Origin: an uncultured Candidatus Saccharibacteria bacterium
GTDB lineage: Bacteria; Patescibacteriota; Saccharimonadia; Saccharimonadales; Saccharimonadaceae
Assembly: GCA_964388235.1 (NCBI GenBank)
Contig: CAYLXN010000001.1
Coordinates: forward strand, 15,655 to 79,654
Reading direction: 5' to 3'
Length of the DNA: 64,000 nucleotides
In this document: one piece after another, positions 43,592 through 53,784 of the stretch
Layout: the number at the start of each line of letters is the position of its first letter
Numbering within the stretch: position 1 is the first letter of the stretch
Position numbers and translations under genes: made by a program
Notes under the pieces: model-generated
Told to the model about the DNA's origin: nothing
Databases searched by the model: none
The model's input: only the letters and a program-made list of their open reading frames with translations

Positions 43592-43996
43592 TTAGAAGCA
43601 GTATTTGGACAATTTGTCCAATAATTTTTCTGTTTCTTTTTTTGAGAACCCTAAATGCTTTTCCCAGAAATTATATCTTCTGGAGAAGCGGGACTCTGCT
43701 CCTCTAAGACGATCAAGAATCACTTCTTTATCGTCCAAAGACACCTCCCATAAGCCTCTGTCTTCTGGGGCGAACCACAATTCCGCCACTCTGCAGTAGA
43801 CCTGGTGGGCTTCGTTGTCGGAAAAATAGACGATTCCGTCTACTTTTTCCTCAATCACCAACGAAAGAAACACGGCTTCTTGACCAAAAGAATAATATGG
43901 TCTTTTTTTGTCGTAGTACTCAGCAAATTCCTCAGAGTACTCTTCTTCTTTAAATTTTTCCGCTGCTTCCAGCGGATTTTTAAAACAATTATCCAT
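43592..43996 (-). CDS. Hypothetical acidic protein (134 aa)
   Basis: ORF with a GGAGGAAAT SD-like sequence upstream. No motif recognised. Confidence 0.5.
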   Translation of the reverse strand: MDNCFKNPLEAAEKFKEEEYSEEFAEYYDKKRPYYSFGQEAVFLSLVIEEKVDGIVYFSDNEAHQVYCRVAELWFAPEDRGLWEVSLDDKEVILDRLRGAESRFSRRYNFWEKHLGFSKKETEKLLDKLSKYCF

Positions 43997-44152
43997 AATT
44001 TCCTCCTTATAGATAATTCTTAGTTAGACACCTCCTATTCCTTTGGCACCTAGCTTTCGACATTATAGCATAAAAACACAAAAAGTCAATAGATTAGCTG
44101 TTAAATTTGGTTGAGTTGCAGGGGGTGGAGTTTTTTTGCTATAATAAAGTCG

Positions 44153-45814
44153 ATGAAACAAATTGAGGTTTTGATCCAACAGGTGATCGCCGACTTGTGG
44201 CAGCAGTCGGTTGATTTGGAATTGACGCCGACTAAACCTGAGTTTGGCGACCTAGCGACTAATGTGGCGATGCGGCTGGCTGGTCAAATTGGCGCTCAGC
44301 CGCGGGAAGTTGCCGAGCAGATTGTGGCTAGGCTGGCTGATCAACCGTTGATTGCTGATGCCAGCGTGGCAGGGCCAGGATTTATTAATCTGCGATTATC
44401 TGATCAGGCAATTGCCGAAGCGTGGGCGAGCAAGATTGATTTAATTTATCAAGATCAGGTAGTGGTCTGTGAATTTTCTGATCCAAATCCGTTTAAAGTT
44501 TTGCACGCAGGGCATTTATATACTAGTGTGGTCGGTGAAGCGATTGCTATTTTAGTCGAAGCCACTGGTGGCAAAGTCTATCGGTTAAACTTCGGTGGTG
44601 ATGTTGGCTTGCACGTCGGTAAGACCATGTGGGCGATTCTACAAGCGTTAGGTGGTGAGCAGCCTGGCGAATTAGCCAAAGTGCCTGTCGCTGACCGCTC
44701 AGATTGGTTGGCGGCGCGCTATGTCGAAGGTTCGCAGGCGTTTGAGGACGATGCAGCGGCGGAAGCTGAGATTCGCCAGTTAAACCAACGAGTTTATCAA
44801 ATCCATCAACAGGATGATCACCAATCTAATTTAGCTCAGATTTATTGGCAGACACGAGACTGGAGTTATGATTATTTTAAAGCTTTTTATCAGCGGATTG
44901 GGGTTAAATTTGATCGTTTTTACCCTGAAAGTGCGGTGGCTGAGCGGGGACTAGCCGAAGTTCAGGCTCAAATTGGCCAAACTTTCACCGAATCAGATGG
45001 AGCAGTGGTGTTTGAGGGTGAAAAATTTGGTTTGCATACTCGAGTGTTTATCAATAAGCAAGGTTTGCCAACTTACGAAGCTAAAGATGTTGGTTTGGCG
45101 TTTACGAAGTATGACGATTATCATTATGATAAGTCGATTATTATTACGGCTGATGAGCAGAAGCAGTACATGGAAGTGGTGTTGAAGGCGCTGGAGCAGT
45201 TTGCGCCGCAAGTGTCGGAGACGACAACTCACATCACGCATGGGATGGTCAAATTAGCTGGTGGCGAGAAGATGAGCAGCCGCAAGGGGAACTTCCTGCG
45301 AGCGGTCGACGTACTAGATGTTGCTAGCCAGGCTCAGGCTGAGCAAAATAGCCAAGCTAACGAAGCTGTGTCGCTAGGGGCGGTTAAGTATTCGTTCCTC
45401 AAGGTTCGGGTTGGCGGTAATCTGATTTACGATCCCGAAGAATCAGTCAGTTTGGCTGGTAACAGCGGGCCGTATTTGCAGTATGCTCATGCTCGAGCTT
45501 GCTCGGTGTTAGCTAAGCTGAGCGAGGAGTCAGATTTGGCTGATCAGTTGAGGTTCGATCCCGATGAGCGCAATTTAGCTCTAAAATTAATCGGTTTTAA
45601 TGCGGCAATTGAGACGGCGGCTCGGGAGTTTTTGCCGCATGTAGTTTGTAATTATTTGTATGAATTAGCCCAGGAATTTAACCGTTTTTATGAACAATCG
45701 CCGATTATTGGCTCTGATCGACAAGCAATTCGGACTCAATTAGTGCGCCGTTATCGCCAGACATTGGCTGACGGTTTGAAAATATTAGGCATTAAACCAC
45801 TGGAGAAAATGTAA
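44153..45814 (+). CDS. argS: Arginine--tRNA ligase
   Basis: Class I HIGH-type motif (LHAGHLYT), KMSSRKGN in place of KMSKS, and a C-terminal DALR anticodon-binding region. The start was moved to the ATG at 44153, 7 nt after TATAAT (44140-44145). Confidence 0.9.
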   Translation: MKQIEVLIQQVIADLWQQSVDLELTPTKPEFGDLATNVAMRLAGQIGAQPREVAEQIVARLADQPLIADASVAGPGFINLRLSDQAIAEAWASKIDLIYQDQVVVCEFSDPNPFKVLHAGHLYTSVVGEAIAILVEATGGKVYRLNFGGDVGLHVGKTMWAILQALGGEQPGELAKVPVADRSDWLAARYVEGSQAFEDDAAAEAEIRQLNQRVYQIHQQDDHQSNLAQIYWQTRDWSYDYFKAFYQRIGVKFDRFYPESAVAERGLAEVQAQIGQTFTESDGAVVFEGEKFGLHTRVFINKQGLPTYEAKDVGLAFTKYDDYHYDKSIIITADEQKQYMEVVLKALEQFAPQVSETTTHITHGMVKLAGGEKMSSRKGNFLRAVDVLDVASQAQAEQNSQANEAVSLGAVKYSFLKVRVGGNLIYDPEESVSLAGNSGPYLQYAHARACSVLAKLSEESDLADQLRFDPDERNLALKLIGFNAAIETAAREFLPHVVCNYLYELAQEFNRFYEQSPIIGSDRQAIRTQLVRRYRQTLADGLKILGIKPLEKM

Positions 45815-46386
45815 TGGCAAAACCAACGATTAACCAGCAAAAAATCCTCTGGATTGATATGGAAATGACGGGGCTGGATGCCGATCGAGATCTGATTTTA
45901 GAGTTGGCGGCGATTGTGACCGATTGGCAGTTAAATGAACTGGGCACAATTGAATTAGTGTTGCAACAAGATCAAGTTGTACTGGAGCAGGCGATAGCGG
46001 CCAATCAGTTTTGGCTGACTCAGACTGAGACTCGTGATCAATTGTTGGCTCAAAATCAGCAAGGTTTGACTCGGGTAGAGTTTGTGCGGCGATTAGAAGG
46101 TTTTATTCAGCAGCAATTTGAAATCGAAGCCCCAGCGGCTGATATCGTCTTGGGTGGTAATACGATTCGGGCTGATCGGGCTTTTATTGATCAGCAATTG
46201 CCAGAAATTAGCCGCTATTTGCATTATCGAATGCTTGATGTTAGTGCTTGGAAGGTTTATTTTGAGGCGGCACTGGGTAAAATTTATCCTAAGCCTGAAA
46301 ATCACCGCGCGCTAGAGGATATTCGTGGTAGTATCGCTGAACTAAACTACTTTTTGCAATTCGTAGAGGCGAAACGTGGTCAATAA
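45814..46386 (+). CDS. orn: Oligoribonuclease
   Basis: ILWIDMEMTGLD..., GGNTIRADRAFI, YRMLDVS, HRALEDIRGSIAEL (DEDDh exonuclease). Confidence 0.9.
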   Translation: MAKPTINQQKILWIDMEMTGLDADRDLILELAAIVTDWQLNELGTIELVLQQDQVVLEQAIAANQFWLTQTETRDQLLAQNQQGLTRVEFVRRLEGFIQQQFEIEAPAADIVLGGNTIRADRAFIDQQLPEISRYLHYRMLDVSAWKVYFEAALGKIYPKPENHRALEDIRGSIAELNYFLQFVEAKRGQ

Positions 46387-46720
46387 TTATCAAACTTATC
46401 GGCAGTTTTTGTTGGAGTTGGGGGAAGTTGAAGTTGACCTCGAGCGCTTGCCGGGCTATGAAATTTATCGACGAACTGATCTTGATTTGCCGAGTGATTT
46501 GAGGATTTTCGCAATTATTAAACTAAATAGCCAGCCGTTGCTGCTGGATATTGCCTCTGATCGGCAGCTAAGCCAAAAACTACAGACCGATTACGAATCG
46601 GTATTGCCGTCAAAGATCATGGATGCCAAAAGCTGGATTCAGGTGATTGATAGCGGACAAGTGGAGACTGAACAGATCAAAGATTTCTTGCGTTTAGCTT
46701 ATCATTTGGTTGCCAATTAG
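46376..46720 (+). CDS. MmcQ/YjbR-like small protein (tentative)
   Basis: 114 aa with a GTG start. The C-terminal ...KSWIQV...LRLAYHLV resembles the YjbR family. This is a weak call. Confidence 0.4.
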   Translation: MVNNYQTYRQFLLELGEVEVDLERLPGYEIYRRTDLDLPSDLRIFAIIKLNSQPLLLDIASDRQLSQKLQTDYESVLPSKIMDAKSWIQVIDSGQVETEQIKDFLRLAYHLVAN

Positions 46721-47628
46721 TCGTAATTTAAATCGACCTCATGCATGGCTTTTTGGGTAATTTCAATATTTTCGCGATTAGTTTTTATAATTTCTTTTAA
46801 TTTTTGGTCTTGGGTTTGTTGATCGAGTCGATTCATTAATAGCAGCGTCTGGTCGACGATGTGAGAGATTTCGTTTCGGTAGTTTCTATCGAGGGTGCCA
46901 GCCAGTACAGCCTCGTCGAGCTTTTTAGTTATTTCTTCAGTCGATTCAGCGTCGACGTTGATTTTAGTCACCACTTTAGGCTTGGTTTTGGTCTCCTTGG
47001 CGGCTTCGGCAGCGGCTTTGTTAGCAATCTCAATTGAGTATTCAGTCATATCATTAGTTAAACCAGATAATGCCTGTTGAGTATTGGCGTTGGCGGTTTT
47101 TAGTTGGGAATTTCTGATCTTAGAATAATATTCGGTTGATAAGCTATTGGCGGCTTTAACTCTGGCTAACAGGGCGACGTTTAAGTCGTTGGATGAAACT
47201 TTTTGTGGGCGAGCAAAGACAAGCAGGCCAATTAGAGCCAAAATTAACAGTCCACCCAAACCAATTAAAACTAGCATCGGTTTTGTTAATTTAGGGAATT
47301 TAGTTTTTGGCTTAACGTTGGTGGTGTTTATTTTATCAAGAAATTGCTCCGCGTAACTTGATTGTGTTGTTACGGGCGTGGTTTGAGTGTAAGTTGTGGG
47401 TTGTGGTGGTTGATTTTGAGGGGTGGAAGTTTGGGTCAGAGCCGATGGTTGTTGATTTTGAGGGCTTGGCGGTAGTGGCTGTGGTTGGTTAAATTGAGGT
47501 GGTTGAGGGGTTGGCTGCGGTGGTTGTTGAGGTGGGATCGGGTTGGGTTGCGGATCTGGCTGAAAATTAATATCCATTTCGGGCTTGGGCAAGGTAGGAA
47601 TTTGATTAGGGTCGGGTTGATTATTCAT
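46717..47628 (-). CDS. Hypothetical protein with P/Q-rich N-terminus, one TM helix and helical ectodomain
   Basis: 303-aa ORF with a low-complexity PQ region followed by MLVLIGLGGLLILALIGLLVF. Confidence 0.55.
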   Translation of the reverse strand: MNNQPDPNQIPTLPKPEMDINFQPDPQPNPIPPQQPPQPTPQPPQFNQPQPLPPSPQNQQPSALTQTSTPQNQPPQPTTYTQTTPVTTQSSYAEQFLDKINTTNVKPKTKFPKLTKPMLVLIGLGGLLILALIGLLVFARPQKVSSNDLNVALLARVKAANSLSTEYYSKIRNSQLKTANANTQQALSGLTNDMTEYSIEIANKAAAEAAKETKTKPKVVTKINVDAESTEEITKKLDEAVLAGTLDRNYRNEISHIVDQTLLLMNRLDQQTQDQKLKEIIKTNRENIEITQKAMHEVDLNYD

Positions 47629-47682
47629 AGTTCTATTTAAGCATAAAAAATTAACCTAGTAAAGAGTGATATAATAAAAATA

Positions 47683-49446
47683 ATGGAAGCAAAAGAAGAG
47701 GTCCGGGAGCGACTAAATATCGAGGATGTGATCGGTGAGTACGTGGAGCTGAAGCGAGCTGGGCGTAATTTTAAGGCGCTGAGTCCGTTTACCAGCGAAA
47801 AGACACCGAGCTTTATTGTTAGTCCTGACAAGCGGATTTGGCATGATTTTTCTAGCGGTAAAGGTGGTGACGTGTTTAGTTTTATTATGGAAGTGGAGGG
47901 GGTTGAGTTTAAGGAGGCGCTTAAAATACTCGCTCGCAAGGCGGGAGTGGAGCTGAAAATGTTCTCGAGCGTTCGCAGTCAAAAAATTGCTAAGCAAAAG
48001 CAGCGACTACTGGAGGCCAATCAAGTAGCGACTAATTATTTTCGGTTTGGGCTGACAAAAAATAAATTAGCCAATGATTACGCTTTTAAAGTTCGAACGT
48101 TAGATCAATCGATAATTGATAATTTTCAGATTGGTTACGCGCCAAATTTACGCGATCAATTGGTTAAAATCCTGATTAAAAAAGGCTTTACTAAGGATGA
48201 AATCGCTCAGGCCGGCTTGACTAATCAGTACGGTGGCGATCTGTTTCGGGCCCGGTTGATGATTCCGCTGATGGACGCTAGCGGGCAAGTTGTTGGCTTT
48301 ACTGGGCGAGGTTTGTCGGCTGATGCCATTCCTAAGTACTTGAATACGCCAGCGACTCTGATTTATGACAAAAGTCGGCTGGTGTTTGGCTTGAGTCAGG
48401 CTAAGGAGGCGATTCGCAAGACTGGCCAAGCGGTGATCGTTGAGGGTAATCTTGATGTAATTAGTTCGCATCAAGTTGGGGTTTGTAATGTGGTCGCCAC
48501 TTCTGGTACGGCGATGACGCTTGAGCATCTGAAAATTATTAATCGCTACACGACCGATGTTCGGTTGGCGTTTGATGCTGATAGTGCGGGAATTAGAGCC
48601 ACTGAGCGAGCTGTAGAACTAGCTCAGCAATTGGGTTTGGATATTAAAATTGTTAGCTTACCAGCTGGGTTCAAAGATCCTGATGAACTGGTGAAGCAAG
48701 ACTGGAAATTATGGCAAAAGGCGATTGACCAAGCTCAGCCAGCCATTGATTGGCTGTTATTGGTGCTGCAAAACGAGTTTGATTTGGCGACTGCTCAGGG
48801 GAAACGTGATTATTCACGACGAATTTTGGCGGTGATTAATAAACTTAGCGATGCGGTTGAAAAGAACGATTATTATCAGCGACTGGCGGAGATAATTGAC
48901 TTGCCATTGGAGGTGATTCTCGAGCAGTCAGATGAACAGCAGAGTGCTAAGCCAGCGGTTAATCGGCGCAAAAAACCGATTAAAGACCAGTTTCAATCAG
49001 AAGTTGATCATTTGGCTTATGAAAATGATTTGTTGGCTTTAGGGATACTGTCTACTGCGGTTCGTCAATTGTTTAACACTCAGTTAATGGCTGAAATTGC
49101 AACCGATAAGCGCCAGCAAATGATGGATTTTTTGATTAACAATCCTAAAATTGACAAAAATAGCTTTGATGACTTGCCCGATTTGGCAGTTTATGCTAAA
49201 ATTTTGTCTGAAGTGGCTGTCGAGCGACATTATTTGGACATGTCGAAAGCTAAACAATTAGCCGAAGCCAAACGCTTAATTAAGCAAGTGCATAAAAATT
49301 ATCAAAATCGAAAAAAAACTGAGCTTACTCAATCTTTGAAACAGGCCGAATTAGCTGGGGACGAGGCGGAAATTGTTCGGTTGACTGAGCTGTTACAACA
49401 ACAAATTAAGCTTGCTAGCCAAGCGCAAAAACAGAGAGGTGATTAG
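47683..49446 (+). CDS. dnaG: DNA primase DnaG (zinc-ligand-less zinc-binding domain)
   Basis: EKTPSF motif and a TOPRIM region ([18 protein letters not shown]). The CHC2 ligand positions read S/T/D/S. TGATATAAT ends 7 nt before the ATG. Confidence 0.9.
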   Translation: MEAKEEVRERLNIEDVIGEYVELKRAGRNFKALSPFTSEKTPSFIVSPDKRIWHDFSSGKGGDVFSFIMEVEGVEFKEALKILARKAGVELKMFSSVRSQKIAKQKQRLLEANQVATNYFRFGLTKNKLANDYAFKVRTLDQSIIDNFQIGYAPNLRDQLVKILIKKGFTKDEIAQAGLTNQYGGDLFRARLMIPLMDASGQVVGFTGRGLSADAIPKYLNTPATLIYDKSRLVFGLSQAKEAIRKTGQAVIVEGNLDVISSHQVGVCNVVATSGTAMTLEHLKIINRYTTDVRLAFDADSAGIRATERAVELAQQLGLDIKIVSLPAGFKDPDELVKQDWKLWQKAIDQAQPAIDWLLLVLQNEFDLATAQGKRDYSRRILAVINKLSDAVEKNDYYQRLAEIIDLPLEVILEQSDEQQSAKPAVNRRKKPIKDQFQSEVDHLAYENDLLALGILSTAVRQLFNTQLMAEIATDKRQQMMDFLINNPKIDKNSFDDLPDLAVYAKILSEVAVERHYLDMSKAKQLAEAKRLIKQVHKNYQNRKKTELTQSLKQAELAGDEAEIVRLTELLQQQIKLASQAQKQRGD

Positions 49447-50486
49447 TGGCGAAAAAGAAAGAAACCGAATTAACTGACCAAGAGTTAGACATTATAACTA
49501 ATCCGACTCCCGAGCAACAGGAGCGGATTGATCGAGTGATCGAAAAAGCTCGCTCTAACGTCATGGATCTGGACGAGCCGGATGCTGACGATTTAGCGGA
49601 AACTGAATCGATTGACGATTTGATTATGGATACTAGTCAGTTGATCGACGACATTGCTGACGATTCAGTGCGGTTATATTTGCATGAAATTGGTAAAATT
49701 CCGCTGTTAACTACTGAGGAAGAAAATGCTATAGCTTGGCGAATTATTGATGGTGAACAAAAAGCCAAAGATGAGATGGCTGAAGCTAATATGCGTCTGG
49801 TGGTATCAATTGCCAAGCGCTATTCTGGGCGTGGTTTAGATTTTTTGGACTTGATTCAAGAAGGAAACACTGGCTTGTTACGAGCAGTTGAAAAGTTTGA
49901 TCCGAACAAAGGTTTTAAATTTTCGACCTATGCTACTTGGTGGATTCGACAAGCAATTACTCGAGCGATCGCTGATCAAGCTCGAACGATTCGGATCCCA
50001 GTTCACATGGTGGAAACGATCAATAAGTTGATGCGCACTCAGCGGCGGATGACTCAAAAACTCAACCGCGAGCCAACTATGGATGAATTATCAAAAGAGC
50101 TTGATATGGAAGTTGATAAAATTGAATATATCATGAAAATCAAGCAAGAAATTAGTTCGCTTGATGCGACGGTTGGTCGTGATGATGATGACGATTCAGT
50201 TTTGGGAGATTTTATTGGCGATGATGAAGCTAAATCGCCAGAAGAGTCGGCCACTTACAAATTACTTCAAGAGCAGATTGATTTAATTCTTAAATCTTTA
50301 TCAGAGCGAGAGCAGAAGATTCTCAAGATGCGGTTTGGTCTGGGTGGTACTAAGAGTCACACGCTCGAAGAAGTCGGTCAAGAATTTGCCGTCACACGGG
50401 AGCGAATTCGCCAAATCGAAGCCAAAGCGTTAGCGAAATTGCGCAAAAATAAAGACTCGCGCAAACTACACGATTATTTAGATTAG
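49446..50486 (+). CDS. rpoD: RNA polymerase sigma factor RpoD (sigma70 family)
   Basis: Region 2 ([31 protein letters not shown]) and region 4 ([20 protein letters not shown]). The GTG start overlaps the dnaG stop. Confidence 0.95.
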   Translation: MAKKKETELTDQELDIITNPTPEQQERIDRVIEKARSNVMDLDEPDADDLAETESIDDLIMDTSQLIDDIADDSVRLYLHEIGKIPLLTTEEENAIAWRIIDGEQKAKDEMAEANMRLVVSIAKRYSGRGLDFLDLIQEGNTGLLRAVEKFDPNKGFKFSTYATWWIRQAITRAIADQARTIRIPVHMVETINKLMRTQRRMTQKLNREPTMDELSKELDMEVDKIEYIMKIKQEISSLDATVGRDDDDDSVLGDFIGDDEAKSPEESATYKLLQEQIDLILKSLSEREQKILKMRFGLGGTKSHTLEEVGQEFAVTRERIRQIEAKALAKLRKNKDSRKLHDYLD

Positions 50487-50530
50487 AAAATTGGTTAGCT
50501 AATATCAGTAATTTTAGCTATAATTAAATT

Positions 50531-53119
50531 ATGACTAGAATTGCAATTATAGATGGTAAAAGCGTGTTTTATCGGGGCTATTATGCCATGGGTAATTTGG
50601 CGTTGCCCGATGGCACGCCGACTGGCGGAGTCTACGGCTTTACTTCGATTTTGCTGGCGACCATCGAGCAACTCCGGCCAGATAATATTTATGTGGCGTG
50701 GGACATCAAAGGCACGAGTACTTCCAAGCGAACCAAGCTTTATCCACAGTATAAAGCTGGTCGCAAGGCACCGCCTGAAGATTTTTACGCTCAAATTCCT
50801 TACCTAAAAGAAGTGCTAGCAGCCTTTAACATTCCGTTTTATGAAGTTGATGATTATGAAGCTGATGATATAATTGGCACGTTATCGAGACAAGCAACTG
50901 AACAGCAAAATATCGAAACTTTTATTATTAGCAGTGATCTTGACATGTTGCAGCTGCTCGACAAACGTGTCAAGATGTACGCTCTCAAAACTGGTTTTTC
51001 AAAAATTGAACAATATACGCCTGAATATTTTGAAGCCAAGCATGGCTTAAAAGTTGAACAATTTTTGGACCATAAGGCTCTGCGTGGCGATCCGAGCGAT
51101 TCGATCCCAGGCGTGGCGGGCGTTGGCGAAAAGACGTCGGTTGAGTTACTGAAAAAGTATGGTAGTTTGGATCAGATTTATGAGTCAATTGATGAGATTA
51201 AAGCCGCTAAACCAGCGGTAGCGAAGAAATTAATCGCCGACAAAGACATGGCCTTCTTGAGCCGAGACTTAGCGCGAATTTATTGTGACGCGCCGATTAA
51301 ATTAGATTTGGCGGCGGGTAAATTAAGTGAGGCTGAAGCGAAAAATATGGCGGCAGTGCTGGAGCGATTTGCTTTTCGGTCGCTGGTGGCCAGAGTTAAT
51401 AAAATATTTAATCAGCAATTAGCGGTTGATGATCAACAAATTGGTTTGTTTAGTAGCGATGCGGCTAGTCAGCCTGAAACGATTGAACAATTGGCAATTA
51501 AGCGTGATTTAAAACAGTTTTTGAAGCTCAAATTAAACCAACCATTTCTGCTAGAAATTATATCAGATAAGATATATTTATCACCGATTGAGGCAGCTGA
51601 AATTTTTGAATTTGAATTAACAAAAAGTCAATTAGATAAGTTAAATTTAGCTGACTTGGGTGAGCTGGTGAGTTATGACTTTAAGCAAACTTTAAGCCGG
51701 CTGGATGAGGTTGAAAATTACCGTAAAATTACTGATCTTAGTTTTGCGACCAGTCAGATTTATGATTTGAACCAAGCTGAATTCTTGATCGACTCACTGA
51801 CGCCGCGGCAAAAATTAGCCGAAGTCCAATTGACTAATTTTAGTCGGCTCAAGGAGATGTACCGCCATCAGCAAGCTGAATTTGAGCAGTTAAAATCGGT
51901 TCATCGGTTGGCACACCAGATCGATTTTGCATTGATTCCGGTGTTGTTTCTGATGGAAAAACGGGGCGTGAAAATTGATCGAGTTCGTTTTTCTGAATTG
52001 TCGGAGCAATTTGCCGAGCAGCTGGCTAAATTGGAAACAGCAATCCATGATCTAGCAGACGAGCAGTTTAATATTAATTCACCGCAACAGCTAGGGCGGA
52101 TTTTGTTCGAAGTTTTGGAATTGCCAACCAAGGGTATCAAGAAAACCAAAACTGGTTTTTCGACTGGTAAAAAAGAGCTGGATAAATTGGTTGATTTGCA
52201 CCCAATTATTCGCCAAATTGGCCACTATCGTGAGGTAATGAAAATCAAGAGTACTTATATCGACGCCTTGCCGGAGCAGGCCGACGAGCATGATTTAATT
52301 CATTCGACTTTTACTCAAGATGTGACTTCGACTGGGCGTTTGTCGTCGCTCAATCCCAATTTGCAAAATATTCCGATCAAAACGAAGTTGGGGCGACTAG
52401 TTCGCAGTGGATTTGTGGCTGATACGGGCAAAATTTTACTGAGTGCTGATTATTCACAGTTTGAACTGCGGATTGCGGCGGCGATTTCTGACGATCAAGA
52501 GATGATTGAGATTTTTAACTCGGATCTGGACGTGCACACCGAGATGGCGGCGCAGATTTTTGAAACTGAATATGATCAGGTCACGCCTGAGCAGCGGCGG
52601 ATTGCCAAGACGGTTAATTTTAGCATTCTTTATGGGGCGGGGCCGCGTAACTTGTCGCAAACTACGGGCTTGAGTTATGCTGAAAGCAAGCAGTTGATTG
52701 AGCGTTATTTTGAAGTTCGGCATAAATTACGCCAGAAGATGGATCAGATTTTTAATCAAGCCAAAACTGATGGCTACGTCGAGACTTACTTCGGTAGGCG
52801 TCGACCAGCGCCAGACATCGATAGTAGTAATTTTCAAGTGCGAGAGGCGGCTAAGCGGGCGGTGGTTAATATGCCGTTTCAGGGGACGGGCGCTGACCTA
52901 ATGAAAATGGCAATGATAAAAGTTGAACAGCAATTAGCGAAATTTGACGGAGCAGAGCAGATTTTGCAGATTCATGACTCGATTTTGCTGGAAATCAAGC
53001 CAGAAGACGAAGCCGAGATTCGCCAGTTGGTCACCGAGACAATGATTAATATTTATCCACAATTAGGCGTGAAGCTAGCCGTGGAAATCAAATCTGGTCA
53101 AACTTGGCAAGAATTGTAA
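50531..53119 (+). CDS. polA: DNA polymerase I
   Basis: 5'-nuclease N-terminus, polymerase motifs (DYSQFELRI, RRIAKTVNFSILYG, QIHDS). The central 3'-5' exonuclease-like region lacks obvious DxE. Confidence 0.95.
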   Translation: MTRIAIIDGKSVFYRGYYAMGNLALPDGTPTGGVYGFTSILLATIEQLRPDNIYVAWDIKGTSTSKRTKLYPQYKAGRKAPPEDFYAQIPYLKEVLAAFNIPFYEVDDYEADDIIGTLSRQATEQQNIETFIISSDLDMLQLLDKRVKMYALKTGFSKIEQYTPEYFEAKHGLKVEQFLDHKALRGDPSDSIPGVAGVGEKTSVELLKKYGSLDQIYESIDEIKAAKPAVAKKLIADKDMAFLSRDLARIYCDAPIKLDLAAGKLSEAEAKNMAAVLERFAFRSLVARVNKIFNQQLAVDDQQIGLFSSDAASQPETIEQLAIKRDLKQFLKLKLNQPFLLEIISDKIYLSPIEAAEIFEFELTKSQLDKLNLADLGELVSYDFKQTLSRLDEVENYRKITDLSFATSQIYDLNQAEFLIDSLTPRQKLAEVQLTNFSRLKEMYRHQQAEFEQLKSVHRLAHQIDFALIPVLFLMEKRGVKIDRVRFSELSEQFAEQLAKLETAIHDLADEQFNINSPQQLGRILFEVLELPTKGIKKTKTGFSTGKKELDKLVDLHPIIRQIGHYREVMKIKSTYIDALPEQADEHDLIHSTFTQDVTSTGRLSSLNPNLQNIPIKTKLGRLVRSGFVADTGKILLSADYSQFELRIAAAISDDQEMIEIFNSDLDVHTEMAAQIFETEYDQVTPEQRRIAKTVNFSILYGAGPRNLSQTTGLSYAESKQLIERYFEVRHKLRQKMDQIFNQAKTDGYVETYFGRRRPAPDIDSSNFQVREAAKRAVVNMPFQGTGADLMKMAMIKVEQQLAKFDGAEQILQIHDSILLEIKPEDEAEIRQLVTETMINIYPQLGVKLAVEIKSGQTWQEL

Positions 53120-53172
53120 ACTTCCAGATTGTGAAAATTGACAAGATAGGATTAAGTGTTTATTATTAAGTT

Positions 53173-53784
53173 ATGAAAAAAGAGAAAATTAAGCGGATTG
53201 TACCAGTTGTTTTAATTATTGTTGTGTCACTAATCGCACTGTTTGCGATTTGGCTATTGGGGCGAGCGATTTTTAAGCCTGGCAAGAAAGAAAATACTCA
53301 GTCGCAAATTTCGGTTGCGCGAGAAGCTTTGCTGTCGGCGGAAGTTAGTCGAGGCACAACCATGACGGTGCGTGGTCCGATTACCGCTGATGAGACTTTT
53401 AAAACCTACCAACTTACTATCAAACCGAACGAGCGTCGAATGGTAACTTATGAGGGTTACTTGGGGGCAGTTATTAATAGCAAAGATTACACCAATAACA
53501 CTGCGGCTTATGAGGAATTTGTCTACGCGCTAGACAAAGCACAGATGGTGAACGCTAATCCGCTAGAAGGCGCCGACGACGACACGCGTGGGGTGTGTGC
53601 GGCTGGTAGGCTGATTGAATTTGATTTAACTAATAACGGTGCGTCTAATTATCACCTGTGGACTTCAACCTGCAAGGGTTCACCGGGGTCGTTCAGAGCT
53701 TCATCGGAGCAAATTCGCAGCTTATTCATGAAACAGATTCCTGATGCTAGCGCGCTATTAAAAGAAGCTAAGATTAATTTCTAA
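53173..53784 (+). CDS. Hypothetical N-terminally anchored protein (203 aa)
   Basis: ORF with one TM helix (VVLIIVVSLIALFAIWLLG). Confidence 0.5.
   Translation: MKKEKIKRIVPVVLIIVVSLIALFAIWLLGRAIFKPGKKENTQSQISVAREALLSAEVSRGTTMTVRGPITADETFKTYQLTIKPNERRMVTYEGYLGAVINSKDYTNNTAAYEEFVYALDKAQMVNANPLEGADDDTRGVCAAGRLIEFDLTNNGASNYHLWTSTCKGSPGSFRASSEQIRSLFMKQIPDASALLKEAKINF

Noticed and set aside
44111-44152. TTG-initiated N-terminal extension of argS, and similarly 58276-58365 for truB and 42782-42823 for dgkA
   Set aside because: The extensions overlap promoter or terminator elements or the upstream gene, and they are not part of the conserved protein families. Internal ATGs fit better.
47637-47939. 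100-aa minus-strand ORF
   Set aside because: It is antisense to the well-conserved dnaG 5' region and overlaps the dnaG promoter.
50495-50807. 99-aa minus-strand and 84-aa plus-strand ORFs at the polA 5' end
   Set aside because: Both overlap the conserved 5'-nuclease domain of polA in other frames and have no independent signals.
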